DNA of 63,935 nt, filler included, from an uncultured bacterium (GTDB lineage Bacteria; Hinthialibacterota; Hinthialibacteria; Hinthialibacterales; Hinthialibacteraceae), in NCBI GenBank assembly GCA_964449065.1. It is 3 parts of 3 records of this genome, joined end to end, with 100 filler letters (N's around TTAATTAATTAA, not from the genome) between each part and the next. Parts side by side here need not be neighbours in the genome. Positions count along the whole stretch, not along the records: positions 22,375 to 44,587 come from CAYVAZ010000041.1; positions 44,688 to 63,935 come from CAYVAZ010000059.1; 1 more part is not named here. The stretch is one strand, 5' to 3'. Each line of letters begins with the position of its first letter. The stretch's first letter is position 1. Made by a program: the position numbers and the translations under genes. The notes below the pieces were generated by a model, which was not told the DNA's origin, made no database searches, and saw nothing but the letters and a program-made list of their open reading frames with translations. Below, in pieces: positions 39,888 to 49,013 of the stretch.

Positions 39888-41069
39888 ATGAATTCGACTC
39901 GATCCGAACCCCAATATCATATTATGCATTTCATTGCTTCGCTTCAGGGCGGAGCAGCGCAGCATGTTTTCCATCTGAGTGTTGGACTGACCTCAAAAGG
40001 ACACCGGTGCACGGTCGCGGCCCCGAACGACAATCCCGGATTTGTGGAGCAATTGCGTCAATACAATATTCAATATGTGGATGTGAATGTATCCACAACC
40101 TTTTCGCGAAGAACGGTTGTGGAACTGCGGGCGCTGCTGCGTTCTCCCAAATATACACATGTCCATGTGCACGGGCACCGGGCGGCCGCCGTGGTGCGTT
40201 TTTCGTCATTGGGTATGCAGCAATTGCCTCCGCTGATATATACCGTGCATGGATATCACCCGCAGCATTACAAAACTTCGTTTACCAAACATCTTGCCAA
40301 CAGTATTGAATGGTTTTTGAAATCCAAAATTCAGCACTTCATTTGCGTTTCAGAAAGCACGAGAGACGAATTGATTCAAACCGTGACCGGCATTCGGAAA
40401 CGAAGCAGTGTCATTCACAACGGCATTCCATTGTTAAACCTAAGCACAGAGGAGAAGGATACATTCCGCCAGGAATTCCGTGAGAAATACGGTCTGCCCC
40501 AAGACGCCTTTGTCTTGGGAACCGTGGCGCGGCTGCAATGGCAAAAAAGCGTACACCGGCTGTTGCAAGCGTTTAGTGTTATCCAAGGCAAGTATCCGGA
40601 TATGCATTTGGTTTTGGTTGGAACAGGGCCGGAAAAAGAATCGCTGGAAACACTTTCACAAAACTTAAAATGTGAAACCCATATCCATTTTTTGGGCAAT
40701 GTAGAAAATTCGCGGCCGGTTTATTGTATGATGGATCTTTTCATCTTGCCGTCGTTATGGGAAGGCCTTCCCCTAACGGTGCTGGAAGCGTGGGACGCGC
40801 GGGTACCCGTGATTGCCACCGATGTATCCGGTTCCCGCGATTTGATTGACGATGACGTGAATGGTTTCATTGCAACCAATACCGCTACCGGAATCGCACA
40901 AGAAATTGAACACGCATATAAAGAACGGGAACGTTTTCCGGAAATCGTTTCCAAAGCCAAATCGCAGTTGCACACGGAGTATTCCGTCGAGAAAATGGTT
41001 AAGAAAACCTTGAGCGTTTACCAAAACACATTTCAGCCGGCACCGGTATCCGCTTGGGTAAAGAAATGA
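39888..41069 (+). CDS. glycosyltransferase family 4
   Basis: GGA, YTVHG, VARL..QK, LPSLWEGLPLTVLEA, PVIATDV. Confidence 0.93.
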   Translation: MNSTRSEPQYHIMHFIASLQGGAAQHVFHLSVGLTSKGHRCTVAAPNDNPGFVEQLRQYNIQYVDVNVSTTFSRRTVVELRALLRSPKYTHVHVHGHRAAAVVRFSSLGMQQLPPLIYTVHGYHPQHYKTSFTKHLANSIEWFLKSKIQHFICVSESTRDELIQTVTGIRKRSSVIHNGIPLLNLSTEEKDTFRQEFREKYGLPQDAFVLGTVARLQWQKSVHRLLQAFSVIQGKYPDMHLVLVGTGPEKESLETLSQNLKCETHIHFLGNVENSRPVYCMMDLFILPSLWEGLPLTVLEAWDARVPVIATDVSGSRDLIDDDVNGFIATNTATGIAQEIEHAYKERERFPEIVSKAKSQLHTEYSVEKMVKKTLSVYQNTFQPAPVSAWVKK

Positions 41070-41128
41070 TTGATTTCACAATCGATTTCGTTAAACTATA
41101 GTAAAAAATGTGCATGATCAGGTGACTT

Positions 41129-41455
41129 ATGAGATATTTTATCCAGGTTCAAAATCCCAGCGGGGTTCCCGTTTTGTTACTCCTCCTATTTGTTTCCATT
41201 GTCGGACTTATTTTTGGTTTTTTATTGCGTGGAATTTTATCCTTTTTGTTTCAGGATGCTTCATCCATTTTGCTGCAATTTGTGGATTGGTTTCTCTTTG
41301 CCGGAATGATTGGACTCATTGTATCTCTTATCGGAGTCATTAGCGGAGCCATGTATTTTCTCTACAGGCTGCGCCGAATGATGAAACACCAAGAGTATTC
41401 CGATTATGAATATTCCGCTGAATTTCGCCGCATTGACGACGAAACCGGTTCGTAA
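41129..41455 (+). CDS. small two-TM membrane protein
   Basis: AGGTG RBS; two hydrophobic segments. Confidence 0.65.
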   Translation: MRYFIQVQNPSGVPVLLLLLFVSIVGLIFGFLLRGILSFLFQDASSILLQFVDWFLFAGMIGLIVSLIGVISGAMYFLYRLRRMMKHQEYSDYEYSAEFRRIDDETGS

Positions 41456-41484
41456 TACTTTTGATTGAGAAGCCCGAATTTCCA

Positions 41485-41529
41485 CTGTGGCTAAACTGTG
41501 GCTAAACCGTGACTAAACCGTGACTAAAC
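41485..41529. repeat. 11-bp tandem repeat x4
   Basis: (CYGTGRCTAAA)4 upstream of tRNA-His. Confidence 0.85.
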
Positions 41530-41608
41530 AAAATTGAAATCCATGTCTTGTCCATTTACCTAAGAGAAGATATTATTCATTTTTGCAGTACAAACGAATA
41601 CCCTCTAT

Positions 41609-41681
41609 GGTGGCTGTAGCTCAGGGGTAGAGCACTGGATTGTGGCTCCAGTGGTCGTGGGTTCAAATCCCATCAGCCACC
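41609..41681 (+). tRNA. tRNA-His(GTG)
   Basis: G-1 plus GTGGCTG acceptor, CTGGA-TT-GTG-GC-TCCAG, GGTTCAAATCC, C discriminator. Confidence 0.96.
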
Positions 41682-41702
41682 CTTTTCATTCACTTTTTTC
41701 CC

Positions 41703-42926
41703 TTAATAAACATCCCAATTTTTAATATTCGTATTCGGTGAATTGATGGAAAACCGGTAGGTTCTTCCCGTTCGGTTGCCGCGTCCAAATACCTGAAAAT
41801 AGTACGATCCGGCACTAAGTTGCGTCCTGCGTTCCGTAACAGGCGGCAAGTTTGTTTCTGTGCCAAAGAAGATGTTGTTCGGTTCGTTGAGCGGTAAAAT
41901 GAAATATTGGATGCCGAAATCATCCGGTTCATGGGTGAACCGGATCGTTACTTCATCATCATTGGCAAGCGTGAACTGATACCAATCCAAATTGTCGGCT
42001 GAATTGTCAGGCCGCACAAAACTGATATGCCCGGTGTGCGTGGCATTCAATGGCAGAGCGGAAGCGGTGTCAAACGTGTCGTTGAACTCCTCGTCTACAT
42101 CCACATCCGGCGCGGCTGTATGTTCAAGCATAAACTCATAGGTCCGGCCAACACGGCTTCCTCTTCCGTTAAAATTTAAAAAATACTCGCCTGCCGTTAG
42201 CCATACTTCACGTACTGATGGATTGGGTAAATTTGTTTCGGTAGACAGGATTGTTCGCCTATTTTCATCCGCACCGATTAACCAAAATTGAAAATCCCTC
42301 GTTCCTGAAACACGACTGGTCCGAATGCGCACTCTTCCATCCTTTGGTAAGGTAAAGCGGTACCAATCCAAATTGTCGGCTGAATTGTCAGGCCGCACAA
42401 AACTGATATGCCCGGTGTGCGTGGCATTCAATGGCAGAGCGGAAGCGGTGTCAAACGTGTCGTTGAACTCCTCGTCTACATCCACATCCGGCGCGGCTGT
42501 ATGTTCAAGCATAAACTCATAGGTCCGGCCAACACGGCTTCCTCTTCCGTTAAAATTTAAAAAATACTCGCCTGCCGTTAGCCATACTTCACGTACTGAT
42601 GGATTGGGTAAATTTGTTTCGGTAGACAGGATTGTTCGCCTATTTTCATCCGCACCGATTAACCAAAATTGAAAATCCCTCGTTCCTGAAACACGACTGG
42701 TCCGAATGCGCACTCTTCCATCCTTTGGTAAGGTAAAGCGGTACCAATCCAAATTGTCCACGCTATCATCGGAGCGCGTTTGGCTGATGCTTCCTGTAAT
42801 TTCAGTGTTCACCATAATAAGATTTGCATTTTCAAATGTGTCATTCGGCTCTGATTCTGTTTGAGAGTACGCATAAGAAAGATTGAAGAAGAAAATATAG
42901 ATTAAGCAAAGTAAATATCGATTCAT
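41703..42926 (-). CDS. secreted protein with three PPC-like (pre-peptidase C-terminal) beta domains
   Basis: Signal peptide; E.EPNDTF..A, D.DWY.F, L.AG.Y motifs; 381-bp internal tandem duplication; ends TNIKNWDVY. Confidence 0.85.
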   Translation of the reverse strand: MNRYLLCLIYIFFFNLSYAYSQTESEPNDTFENANLIMVNTEITGSISQTRSDDSVDNLDWYRFTLPKDGRVRIRTSRVSGTRDFQFWLIGADENRRTILSTETNLPNPSVREVWLTAGEYFLNFNGRGSRVGRTYEFMLEHTAAPDVDVDEEFNDTFDTASALPLNATHTGHISFVRPDNSADNLDWYRFTLPKDGRVRIRTSRVSGTRDFQFWLIGADENRRTILSTETNLPNPSVREVWLTAGEYFLNFNGRGSRVGRTYEFMLEHTAAPDVDVDEEFNDTFDTASALPLNATHTGHISFVRPDNSADNLDWYQFTLANDDEVTIRFTHEPDDFGIQYFILPLNEPNNIFFGTETNLPPVTERRTQLSAGSYYFQVFGRGNRTGRTYRFSINSPNTNIKNWDVY

Positions 42927-43133
42927 TTTTCTTTCTCCCTTTTCAATAGATTTCGAAAAGATGCAGACTATTTTTTAATGGTATTACTATACACAATTTT
43001 ACATATTAGTAAATATATTTATAAAATAACGTAATTATGCATTCGTTTTTCGAAAAATTTTCCCCAGTTTAAAGGCCGTAAAAAGGCGTGGGGATGGGGT
43101 CATGGATAAGTCGGCTTTGGGGACACATTTTCC

Positions 43134-43457
43134 AACCATAATTTCATTTAGGATTGTTCACTAAAATCAAATCGGCTCACCATGATTCCTTCGTTTGAAT
43201 ATCAAGGGAAATCCCTCGAATCAACCCTCCCATAACCCTTTCCATTCTTGGGAGGGGAAAACTTTCTTCAAACGGCTGACTTATTACTTTACGGTTTATG
43301 GCTCTCTTCACACCCCCTCTGTCCTCCTTGCGTCGGACATCTCCCCCAAATGCTTTGGGGGAGAAATGGCATCGGTAGGCTGAAAGCCTTGCATCACCAT
43401 AAAAGATTTTTTGCCGTTCCGTCATTCATTGTGAACTTTTCTATTTGAAAATGGTAT
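43134..43457. mobile_element. long ACC...GGTAT composite element with nested MITE end and REP cargo
   Basis: Shares ends and core with 32889-33175; contains CTTCAAACGGCTGACTTATTAC, the end of the 44120-44294 family. Confidence 0.8.
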
Positions 43458-43662
43458 AAGATAAAATATTGGATCGCGAACTGATCCGGTTCATGCGTAT
43501 AGCGGATCGTTATTTCATCATCGCTTTCGAGCGTGAACCGGTACCAATCCTGATTGTCCACGCTGTCAACGGAGCGTGTTTGGCTGATGCTTGCTGTCAT
43601 TTCAGTGTTCACCCTAATAGATTTGCATTTTCAAGTGCATCATTGGGTTCTGATTCTGTTTG
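43458..43662 (-). pseudogene. single-domain remnant of the PPC-domain gene
   Basis: QTESEPNDALENANL..NTEMTASISQTRSVDSVDNQDWYRFTLESDDEITIRYTHEPDQFAIQYFIL; no signal peptide; cut by the adjacent element. Confidence 0.85.
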
Positions 43663-43664
43663 TG

Positions 43665-43885
43665 AGAACGAAAGACTTACGCCATTGTCGATTTCCAATG
43701 TTACCCAATGTGAACCCTGTATGGAATGGCATTTGGACCAAGCCTTACAATCCGGCGCAACGGATGAAGAAGTGTATGAAACCATCGACGTGGCTATCGA
43801 AATGGGCAGCGGGCAAGCCGGAGCCTACGCCCGTTTTGATTTAAACGCCATGGAGTTTTTCAAACAAAAAAAGAATACCAAGTGA
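43665..43885 (+). pseudogene. 5'-truncated carboxymuconolactone decarboxylase/AhpD-like gene
   Basis: TQCEPCMEWH...A...GATDEEVYE.I..AIEMG; N-terminal part missing. Confidence 0.75.
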
Positions 43886-43939
43886 AACAAAGTGATCAAA
43901 CCAACATCCACATTGCTTTGTTCGATTATTTTGTGTAAG

Positions 43940-44332
43940 GTACTTGAAAAATTATCTATTTTTCAACGGAACGAACCTCCACATATTCATGTTATAAAAG
44001 ATGGTAAAGCGGCTAAAATATGGTTAGACAATAGAAGGGTGGAATACAATCGCGGTTACAACGAATCAACCTTAAACACGATTGTGAAATTGACCATACA
44101 AAATCAAGAAAGATTATTGGTAACAGGTCAGCGATATGAAGTGCATTTTCAAAAAATCGAATCGATTTTCTCATTCCTCCCCCAATGCAATGGGGGAGGC
44201 TAGGTGGGGGTTAAACGCTCAATGCTTCAAACCCTCCCCGAACCCCTCCCACCTTTGGGAGGGGAAATTTCTCTTCAAGCGGCTGACCTATTACGATTAT
44301 TGGAGAATTGGAATGATTACTTCAATTCATAA
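43940..44332 (+). pseudogene. DUF4160 gene interrupted by a MITE
   Basis: NEPPHIHV..DGKAAKIWL; removing 44120-44294 and one repeat restores QERLLENWNDYFNS*. Confidence 0.85.
44120..44294. mobile_element. 175-bp MITE with 8-bp target duplication
   Basis: TIR GTAACAGGTCAGC / GCTGACCTATTAC (12/13 match); GATTATTG at 44112-44119 and 44295-44302; two palindromes inside. Confidence 0.92.
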
Positions 44333-44490
44333 TCAAACTCAAATCACGGCTATAAATTGCCGTTTTGAAGAGAATGATTAGATCATCACATTCAACGGTG
44401 GTCGTGAAGTACGTCTTGCGGTTACTAAAACCGATTGGCTTAAATGGTTCGCCAATGCAACTTAAGAACAGCGTGAACATTGGTCGCTAG
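44313..44490 (+). pseudogene. DUF2442 gene remnant
   Basis: ...END*IITFNGGREV...WLKWFANAT*EQREHWSL; two stops, then a MITE begins at CTAG. Confidence 0.75.
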
Positions 44491-44587
44491 AACAGTGTCA
44501 ACGATTAAATGACGGGTGTCGATCCCCCCTACCCCCCCTTATCAAGGGGGGCAACAACGGATAACGAACCGTCATTTTTTGATTGAC
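44487..44587. mobile_element. CTAG..GTGTCAA MITE, runs into the gap
   Basis: Matches 37364-37473. Confidence 0.85.
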
Positions 44588-44687
44588 NNNNNNNNNNNNN
44601 NNNNNNNNNNNNNNNNNNNNNNNNNNNNNNNTTAATTAATTAANNNNNNNNNNNNNNNNNNNNNNNNNNNNNNNNNNNNNNNNNNNN
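44588..44687. other. artificial contig linker
   Basis: Ns around TTAATTAATTAA. Confidence 0.99.
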
Positions 44688-44859
44688 GGTTTGAAGCTCG
44701 CAACAATACCTACCGTATAGAATTTTGCGTAACGTCAGTTAAATATAGGAGAGTATTTTTCTCTAACTTGATTATACCAAGATTGTATATTTTCATTGTG
44801 TTGTTAAGCATATTTTTTGACCTTAACAATGTTTTCTAGAATTTATCAAGAGAAATTAT

Positions 44860-45109
44860 ATTGTCAATACAAAATGAACACTTGTTCACTATCATAGTAA
44901 ACCACATAAGGAAAACGCCGAATCAATCCTCTCCGAAAATTCTTATAAATAAACGCGTACATCTTGGGTGTAACGCATATTTATTGAACACAAAGATCAA
45001 TGCTATCTAAAAATTCTTCACCTAAACCTAAACGGTAATTTTCATACCACTGATAAGCCTCTGCAATGTCATGCACGGATTCCGGTTCATAGATCAATTC
45101 AGTGGGCAT
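44860..45109 (-). pseudogene. RelE/ParE toxin pseudogene
   Basis: MPTELIYEPES..DIAEAYQWYE..RLGLGEEFL...Q*IC...RRGLIRRFPYVVYY; internal TAA and degraded 3' end. Confidence 0.85.
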
Positions 45110-45323
45110 TATAATTCCTGACTTGCTTTTTGACTTCTTCCCACGTCAGACCTGATGAAGAATTGTTCATCATGTTTTCTTTTCTGCGGTCTAACTCTTC
45201 TTTTTGCCAATCATGAAGTGGTATATCGTCTGGATTTGAAGCCAAGTCATCCCATATATCTTCAACCAATTGTAACTTTTCTGATGGGCTCAGTTCCGCA
45301 ATTACAGGATGAAGTTTACTCAT
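45099..45323 (-). CDS. addiction-module antitoxin (TIGR02574-like)
   Basis: LSPSEKLQLVEDIWDDL, WQKEELDRR, TWEEVK; GGAGG RBS. Confidence 0.9.
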   Translation of the reverse strand: MSKLHPVIAELSPSEKLQLVEDIWDDLASNPDDIPLHDWQKEELDRRKENMMNNSSSGLTWEEVKKQVRNYNAH

Positions 45324-45388
45324 AACAAAACCTCCATACATAGTTATTTTTTCTTCAATTGTTTATAGTGATGATTTTCAACGAAACC

Positions 45389-45691
45389 TTAACCCGCTTG
45401 AAATTCTTTCCACGGTCGAATTTCTTGCAATTTTCCGGAAAGTTTTTCTTCCGCAACTTCGGTATCATAGACGGCTTGTGCACGTAACCAATATCCATTT
45501 GACAGCCCAAAAAAACGGCACAACCGTAAATCGGTATCCGCTGTAATCGCGCGTTTTCCGGACACAATTTCACTAATCCGCTGAGCCGGTACACTGATTT
45601 CTTTAGCAAGCCGGTATTGTGAAAGATTCATGGGAATTAAAAACTCTTCCTTTAATAACTCGCCCGGTGTAATTGGGTCTAATTTCTTCAT
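45389..45691 (-). CDS. higA: HigA family antitoxin
   Basis: PGELLKEEFL.P, SQYRLAK, RISEIV.GKRAITADTDLRL, WLRAQ. Confidence 0.93.
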   Translation of the reverse strand: MKKLDPITPGELLKEEFLIPMNLSQYRLAKEISVPAQRISEIVSGKRAITADTDLRLCRFFGLSNGYWLRAQAVYDTEVAEEKLSGKLQEIRPWKEFQAG

Positions 45692-45695
45692 CCTA

Positions 45696-45883
45696 CCTAT
45701 CCTTTATGGTAATACGGATTCAAATAAATTCTGTGTGATTCCTCCATAAAAGGGGAGCATCGGCTTCCAGCCGGTACCGCACACCGAATATTATTTCATT
45801 GAAGCGGTATAATTAACAAATCGTTCAATACGAACTCCCTCTGAAAGTGATTTAGTCTCTTTGCATTTGAAGGATTGGATCAT
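45696..45883 (-). pseudogene. higB: HigB toxin with its middle replaced by a MITE
   Basis: MIQSFKCKETKSLSEGVRIERFVN, then element 45712-45810, then YHKG* just before higA. Confidence 0.75.
45712..45810. mobile_element. ATAC...GGTAT element with GCATCGGCTTCCAGCCGGT REP cargo
   Basis: Inverted ends ATACGGATTCAA / TTGAAGCGGTAT; same REP near 24349, 53058 and 61752. Confidence 0.7.
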
Positions 45884-45944
45884 AATAAAATAATAACGTG
45901 TAGCGTGATGGTTTGCAAGATTAAAAATTTGAGGATACAATAAC

Positions 45945-45979
45945 TGAACACTTGTTCATTCTTCATTTTTCTGTATAAT
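45945..45979 (+). promoter_or_regulatory. sigma70 promoter with overlapping GAAC-N4-GTTC operator
   Basis: TGAACACTTGTTCA (45945-45958) over -35-like TTGTTC, 16 bp spacer, extended -10 region with TATAAT (45974-45979). Confidence 0.55.
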
Positions 45980-46044
45980 CCCAATAAACAACACTGCCAA
46001 TGCTCTCACGTGGGTTGAGGAAATGAAATCAAGGAGAGCGAATC

Positions 46045-48600
46045 ATGTTAGAGATTGAGTTTCTAAGGCATTTTGACTTTCCAGAACAGTATATTACCAC
46101 ACTACAAAAAGCATTCGGAAAGCACTTTCTGCCGCTGCAAGAGATGGGCATTAATAAGGGAAAATTGTTTGAAGGCACAAACTTGCTGGTGCAGGCGCCT
46201 ACCTCATCCGGTAAAACCATGCTGGCCGAGCTGCTCTTTCTCCATCATGCGCGCTCTCCCAAAAGCACGCTGCTGCTGGTCCCCACAAAGGCGCTTGCCA
46301 ATCAACGCTATCGTGAACTCAAAACCCGTTACGAACCGCTGGGCTTTAAAATCTGCCTCTCTACCCGCGACCATCCCCATCACGATGCGGATATCCGCAA
46401 GGGCGATTTTCATTTAGCCGTGTTGGTCTATGAAAAATTGCTATCGCTGCTGGTCGATTCTTCCCCATTGCTCTCGTATACCGGAGCCTGCGTCTTTGAT
46501 GAACTGCATTACCTGCACGACCCCAAACGCGGCATGGATATTGACCTGCTGTTAACCCGCATCAAGCAGGAAACCCATATCCAGCTTTTGGGCTTATCCG
46601 CGATTCCGTTGGATGACTCTGTTTGCGAATGGCTTGGAATGAAACGCCTTCAATTGGAGGAACGCCCGGTTGAATTGCGGCAGGGTGTGCTTTGCCGGGG
46701 TAAATTCCACTACCGCGAATGCAATTCGCATCAATGCGGGATGGAAGAATTGCCGCTCGAAGAAACAACCGACGACGGCAAGGCCATGCTGGAAGCAGCC
46801 CGGCATTTCTACAGGCAAAACGAATCCACTCTCGTCTTCTTTCCAACCCGGCAACTCTGTTATACCGCCGCCCGCAAGTTCACGGACTCATTGGATAACC
46901 AGGATACCATAGAACCGGATGGGCTTTCCGGCTTAGAAGACACTTCCGTTAAACGCTTCTTATCCCAACTTTTACCCAAACGGATTGCCGTTCACACCAG
47001 CGATTTAACCACAAACGAACGGGGATTGGTCGAATCACTCATTCAAAATAACCAAGTTAGAGTGATTTTTGCAACCAACACCCTTGCAGAAGGCATCAAC
47101 TTTCCCGTCACGAACGTGATCACCACCAAGCACACATATGCCGCATCCTCTCATTCCTCCGCTGTCCAACCAGCGCCGGTCAAAAAGCCTCTCCCGTTCG
47201 ACCGCTTGCAAAATATGACGGGCAGGGCGGGGCGCTACGGCATCGAAGATCACGGCCGCGGGATCATTGTCACCTGCTATCCCGGTGAAGTGGATGGGCT
47301 TTTGCGCCAATATTTCCCCCCGCAACACAAACAGCCGCCTACAAGAAATACAGTGTCTGAATTTCAGTCGGTGCTGCTCAAAATCCAAGCCTTATTCAGC
47401 CCCCGCAACGCGGAAGCATTTTGCCACTGTATACAGCAAACCTATAGGCAGAGAACATTCGGCCAAACCCCAAGCAACATTCAAATTTTGGACTCTCCAT
47501 CGATAGCCACTCATATACACAATCTTCTCCAACATCATTTTTTGGATGAACAATTCAGCGAACTTCATTTAACCTGCCTGGGACGTATCGCGGTCTTGCA
47601 AGGACTCTCGTTGGAATCCGCGAAAGAATTGATTTCGCTTTCCAAAAATATGAACGAGCGGGATGATTTGGATGCGGCCGGCTTTCTGATCCATCTCACA
47701 ATGCTGCCGGAAATGGTTGAGCATTACATCCCTCTCTCTCCCGCGGAAATCAAAACAAAAGCGTGGTTGGGCGCACTGCGAACATGGATAAAAAATAACG
47801 GCCATCATTCCGCGTGGCTGGATGACCGCACCGGATCGCCGGAAACACTAACCCCCCTGCACCACACCGCGTGCAAAAAAACCATGCTGTGTTTGGAATG
47901 GATGAACGGAGTATCCATAATGGAATTGGAAGAACGTTACGGTGTTTATTCCGGTTTCATTAAACGGTTCACTTCGGATTGCGCGTGGATGGTAAACGCG
48001 TTTATGAATATGCTGGCTGTAATCGCTGCCGAATCCAAATGGATTGATGAAGTCTCCCACATGCGGGATCAATTGCTGTATGGATTGCCGAAACCCACGT
48101 TGAAATGGTGTGACTATCTGCAAACAGAACAACTGAACCGGTCTCAAGTGTTAACCCTGGTTGAATGCGGATTCGAACATCCCAAACAGATTAAAAAACA
48201 AGATCAAGAATTTTTGCTGACGGTTTTGTCCGCGGACATTGTTGAAATGCTGGAGAAATCCTCTCAAGAAAAATACGCGCATAATCCCTCAACAGAAAAA
48301 ACAATCCGATTGGACGCGTCCCGGCCGGATCAAATAATTATTGCGGGAAAACCCGTACGCTTTACCCCCATGCAAACTTCGCTGCTGCACTATTTGGCCG
48401 ACCATGTCAACCAATGTGTGGAATACGCCAAAATCATGAACCGCTTATGGGGAGAAGGGTTTGGAGACCGAAAAAGTCTAAACCGCTTAAAAAATCAAAT
48501 CGTACAGAAATGTGAACAAACAGGAGGTATGTTATATAAAGATCTTATTGATGTGGTTCCAGGGATAGGGTTAATCCTCAAGACAAAAGTCATCCGTTAA
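46045..48600 (+). CDS. Ski2/Hel308-like SF2 helicase with C-terminal OmpR-type winged helix
   Basis: APTSSGKT, PTKALA, YEK, DELH, GLSA, RPVEL, ATNTLAEGINFP, QNMTGRAGR; C-terminal FTPMQ..LL.YL...LWG...I.VVPGIG. Confidence 0.88.
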   Translation: MLEIEFLRHFDFPEQYITTLQKAFGKHFLPLQEMGINKGKLFEGTNLLVQAPTSSGKTMLAELLFLHHARSPKSTLLLVPTKALANQRYRELKTRYEPLGFKICLSTRDHPHHDADIRKGDFHLAVLVYEKLLSLLVDSSPLLSYTGACVFDELHYLHDPKRGMDIDLLLTRIKQETHIQLLGLSAIPLDDSVCEWLGMKRLQLEERPVELRQGVLCRGKFHYRECNSHQCGMEELPLEETTDDGKAMLEAARHFYRQNESTLVFFPTRQLCYTAARKFTDSLDNQDTIEPDGLSGLEDTSVKRFLSQLLPKRIAVHTSDLTTNERGLVESLIQNNQVRVIFATNTLAEGINFPVTNVITTKHTYAASSHSSAVQPAPVKKPLPFDRLQNMTGRAGRYGIEDHGRGIIVTCYPGEVDGLLRQYFPPQHKQPPTRNTVSEFQSVLLKIQALFSPRNAEAFCHCIQQTYRQRTFGQTPSNIQILDSPSIATHIHNLLQHHFLDEQFSELHLTCLGRIAVLQGLSLESAKELISLSKNMNERDDLDAAGFLIHLTMLPEMVEHYIPLSPAEIKTKAWLGALRTWIKNNGHHSAWLDDRTGSPETLTPLHHTACKKTMLCLEWMNGVSIMELEERYGVYSGFIKRFTSDCAWMVNAFMNMLAVIAAESKWIDEVSHMRDQLLYGLPKPTLKWCDYLQTEQLNRSQVLTLVECGFEHPKQIKKQDQEFLLTVLSADIVEMLEKSSQEKYAHNPSTEKTIRLDASRPDQIIIAGKPVRFTPMQTSLLHYLADHVNQCVEYAKIMNRLWGEGFGDRKSLNRLKNQIVQKCEQTGGMLYKDLIDVVPGIGLILKTKVIR

Positions 48601-48605
48601 ATGGA

Positions 48606-48980
48606 TTACTGACGTTTAAAATGCATTCCCATGCGTTTGGGTTTATCTTCTTCTTCATCTTCTTTTGCGGGCGCCGGACCGGATTTTTTGCCCATCAATT
48701 TTTGCAGAAGTTGTTTTTGCTTGTTGGCTTTTTCTTCTTGTTCGGCTAAATCTTCTTGGGTGACAAGGTTGATTCGTTTCGTATCGACCCACTTATCGAT
48801 TAAGTCGCCGGTCAGCCCTTCGATTTCCATTAAAAGCATATGCCGGCCCGCGTTGCGGTTTTCCCGCAAAAAGTTTTGTGTTTGCTTTAACATCTGCTCT
48901 TCTTCTTCAAAGCAGTCGGAGCATATTTCCTTGGTCACTTTATTAAAAAGTTGTCCGCATTTCGGGCAGTTCGATAGCAC
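48606..48980 (-). CDS. flagellar-operon YvyF-like zinc-ribbon protein
   Basis: NCPKCGQLF...ICSDC.EEEE...FLREN. Confidence 0.7.
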   Translation of the reverse strand: MLSNCPKCGQLFNKVTKEICSDCFEEEEQMLKQTQNFLRENRNAGRHMLLMEIEGLTGDLIDKWVDTKRINLVTQEDLAEQEEKANKQKQLLQKLMGKKSGPAPAKEDEEEDKPKRMGMHFKRQ

Positions 48981-49013
48981 ACTCGTTACTCGACTTTCTT
49001 AAACTACTTATGC

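Noticed and set aside
41485..41529. CRISPR array (also 59694-59726 and 5668-5702)
   Set aside because: Short tandem units with no spacers; no cas genes.
41609..45900. Integrative element at tRNA-His
   Set aside because: No integrase and no duplicated tRNA 3' end seen; only an accessory, decaying region.
46045..48600. Hachiman or other multi-gene helicase defence system
   Set aside because: No HamA/DUF1837 or other partner gene adjacent; the helicase is monocistronic.
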